This document shows, piece after piece, positions 62,627 to 64,000 of a DNA stretch of 64,000 nt; positions within the stretch are counted from its first letter, which is position 1; every line of letters starts with the position of its first letter. Origin of the DNA: Amoeboaphelidium protococcarum X5 (lineage: Eukaryota > Fungi > Aphelidiomycota); the NCBI GenBank assembly GCA_023515725.1, contig JALDTO010000251.1, forward strand, positions 558,001-622,000, read 5' to 3'. The position numbers and the translations under genes are program-made. Under the pieces are notes generated by a model. It was not told the DNA's origin. It did no database searches and saw only the letters and a list, made by a program, of their open reading frames with translations.

Positions 62627-64000
62627 ATGCTTAGTGAGAGTATGAAGACTCATTTAAGTGGGCTGGATATAAAATAATTGCTGTGTATGAACTGTCTTAA
62701 TTTGATGACTTCATCGAGGTCTCCAAAACTTTTAAACTGTGGTCATTCATTTTGTCAGTAATGTATCGATTAAATGCCGGTATTTAACTATCAAGAGCTG
62801 GAAACAAAAACTACCCATTAGACTAAATCTTTCGGTGTTTAATAAAATGGTGTGAAAAAGTTGGATACCGTGTTTAGTTTTTTGAGTATTTTTGGAGTGA
62901 ATTTAAATAATGAAGTGGCGAATGATCTTAGTTCTCAATTGGAATCCCCTCATACCTACACTCAGAAGCATGGATTTGGTGGTAATCTGATTTGCACCGT
63001 CTGCAATGCGGAAACTGTTCTAAGTGCTGATGGGAAGACTGGTCTGGAGAGCAGTGAATTTCTGGCCGCTGTTTGCGACAATGTATTCTAGCATATATCA
63101 CTTTGCGGTAATTTACATATTGTTTCTTTATCTGTATTTTAAAGTGAATTCAATGATTTTAATATCGTAACTTTGTGTAGCTGACTGTACAACTAATCAA
63201 GTCTAGAGTTATTGCTCCGATTGCAATTTATTTCTGTGCTTGCAGTGTAATCAGCGCCTACATTCTGGTTCGTAGACTAAATTTCATCACGTTGCTCAAG
63301 CCTGTGGAGGTCAAGGTGATGATACTCTGACATTATTAGCTGAGAAGTTTAAGGTAACTAAATATCTTACATCTCTTTTATGGTAACATATCATGATTAA
63401 CATACGCGAACATAAGTGTTGTAGATTTGTAAAGATCACCCTGGAGAAAAGGCCATGCTTTTCTGTGAGTAGTGTGAGTAGATGGTCTGTTTTATGTGTA
63501 TTTATAGCAAGCATGATAAACATAAAAAGATCTTACTTACTGAAGCTGCTGGTGTTCAAAAGCAAAAGTTAATCAACAGCGCAGATCTCATTGCGTAAAA
63601 GAGTGATTCTATTAGACTGACTCGAGACTCTATACAGAACGGATTATCTTTAATTGATTAAAATTCCTTCAACTCCCGTCAAACTATTTAAAAGACTATA
63701 TCAAGTGCTGTGAATGAATTGAAGATTTTAGAGAAGGAGCTTTTAGATGAAATTAACGATCAGGCTCATAACAAGAAACTGCTCCTCTAGAAGCAGTAGA
63801 ATGATTTGTAATCTAGGTAAGCTGATTTGGAATTGAGACACTAAACAATCAAAAAGTTGACGAAAAGCAACAATGACTACTTAATCACTCAATTCTCAGA
63901 GCCTGTAACCTCCACTATGAATCAACTGCTTTAATCTCTTCCTAGTTTGGCACTATAATCAGATTCCTCGGTTGATTGTGACACTAAATAGATTGCATCG
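62627..64000 (+). CDS. TRIM/RBCC protein (RING, B-box1, B-box2, coiled coil), runs off the window; introns 63108-63180 and 63354-63424
   Basis: CMNC...CGHSFCQQC...CTVC; C|ADC...YCSDCNLFLCLQCNQRLH...FHH; |ICKDHPGEKAMLFCEQCEQMVCFMCIYSKHDKH; then heptad repeats. Confidence 0.85.

Noticed and set aside
1-64000. Reading the many short ORFs as pseudogenes or highly intron-split genes
   Set aside because: The fragments are in frame and separated only by TAA/TAG at Gln positions, so they form intact genes under table 6.
1-64000. CRISPR array or prokaryotic operon
   Set aside because: No regularly spaced repeats were seen. The genes are eukaryotic and have spliceosomal introns.

Overview
Compact eukaryotic genomic DNA that uses a non-standard nuclear code: TAA and TAG are read as Gln and TGA is the only stop (translation table 6). 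The supplied standard-code ORF track therefore breaks intact genes into fragments. Fungus-like gene content plus this code points to an aphelid, most likely Amoeboaphelidium protococcarum (inferred, not proven). Re-read with table 6, the window holds about 25 intact host genes. These include RPA3, a catalytically dead CE4/chitin deacetylase, an F-box/WD40 protein, UTP6, DIP2, YDJ1, OLE1, RPL28, NIP7, a ZW10-like protein, trehalase, an AKR1-like protein, a COG4757 hydrolase, prephenate dehydratase, CHL1, RPD3, RPB2, RPN7, a Zn-dependent dehydrogenase, RRP9, RPL33, SVF1, an OTUD3-like protein, a DOMON-cytochrome b561 protein and a TRIM/RBCC protein. Introns are few and short, and all seven that I could place end in TGTAG. 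Three tRNA-Arg genes with three different anticodons sit among nests of decayed mobile DNA at about 30-36 kb and 38-48 kb. Those nests contain a MULE relic, a Crypton-like relic with recombinase-core-like palindromes, and a ~6 kb element with two tandem Zn-finger/tyrosine-recombinase genes and a telobox-Myb gene next to an HNH toxin-like gene. They also contain two Fanzor1 (eukaryotic TnpB)-like relics, with a third at 2.2-3.1 kb. One relic retains traces of RuvC-II/III and a structured 3' region that could be its omegaRNA. RPB2 is intact but substituted at normally invariant motifs. All translations and family calls were made by hand from motif recognition; no searches were run.
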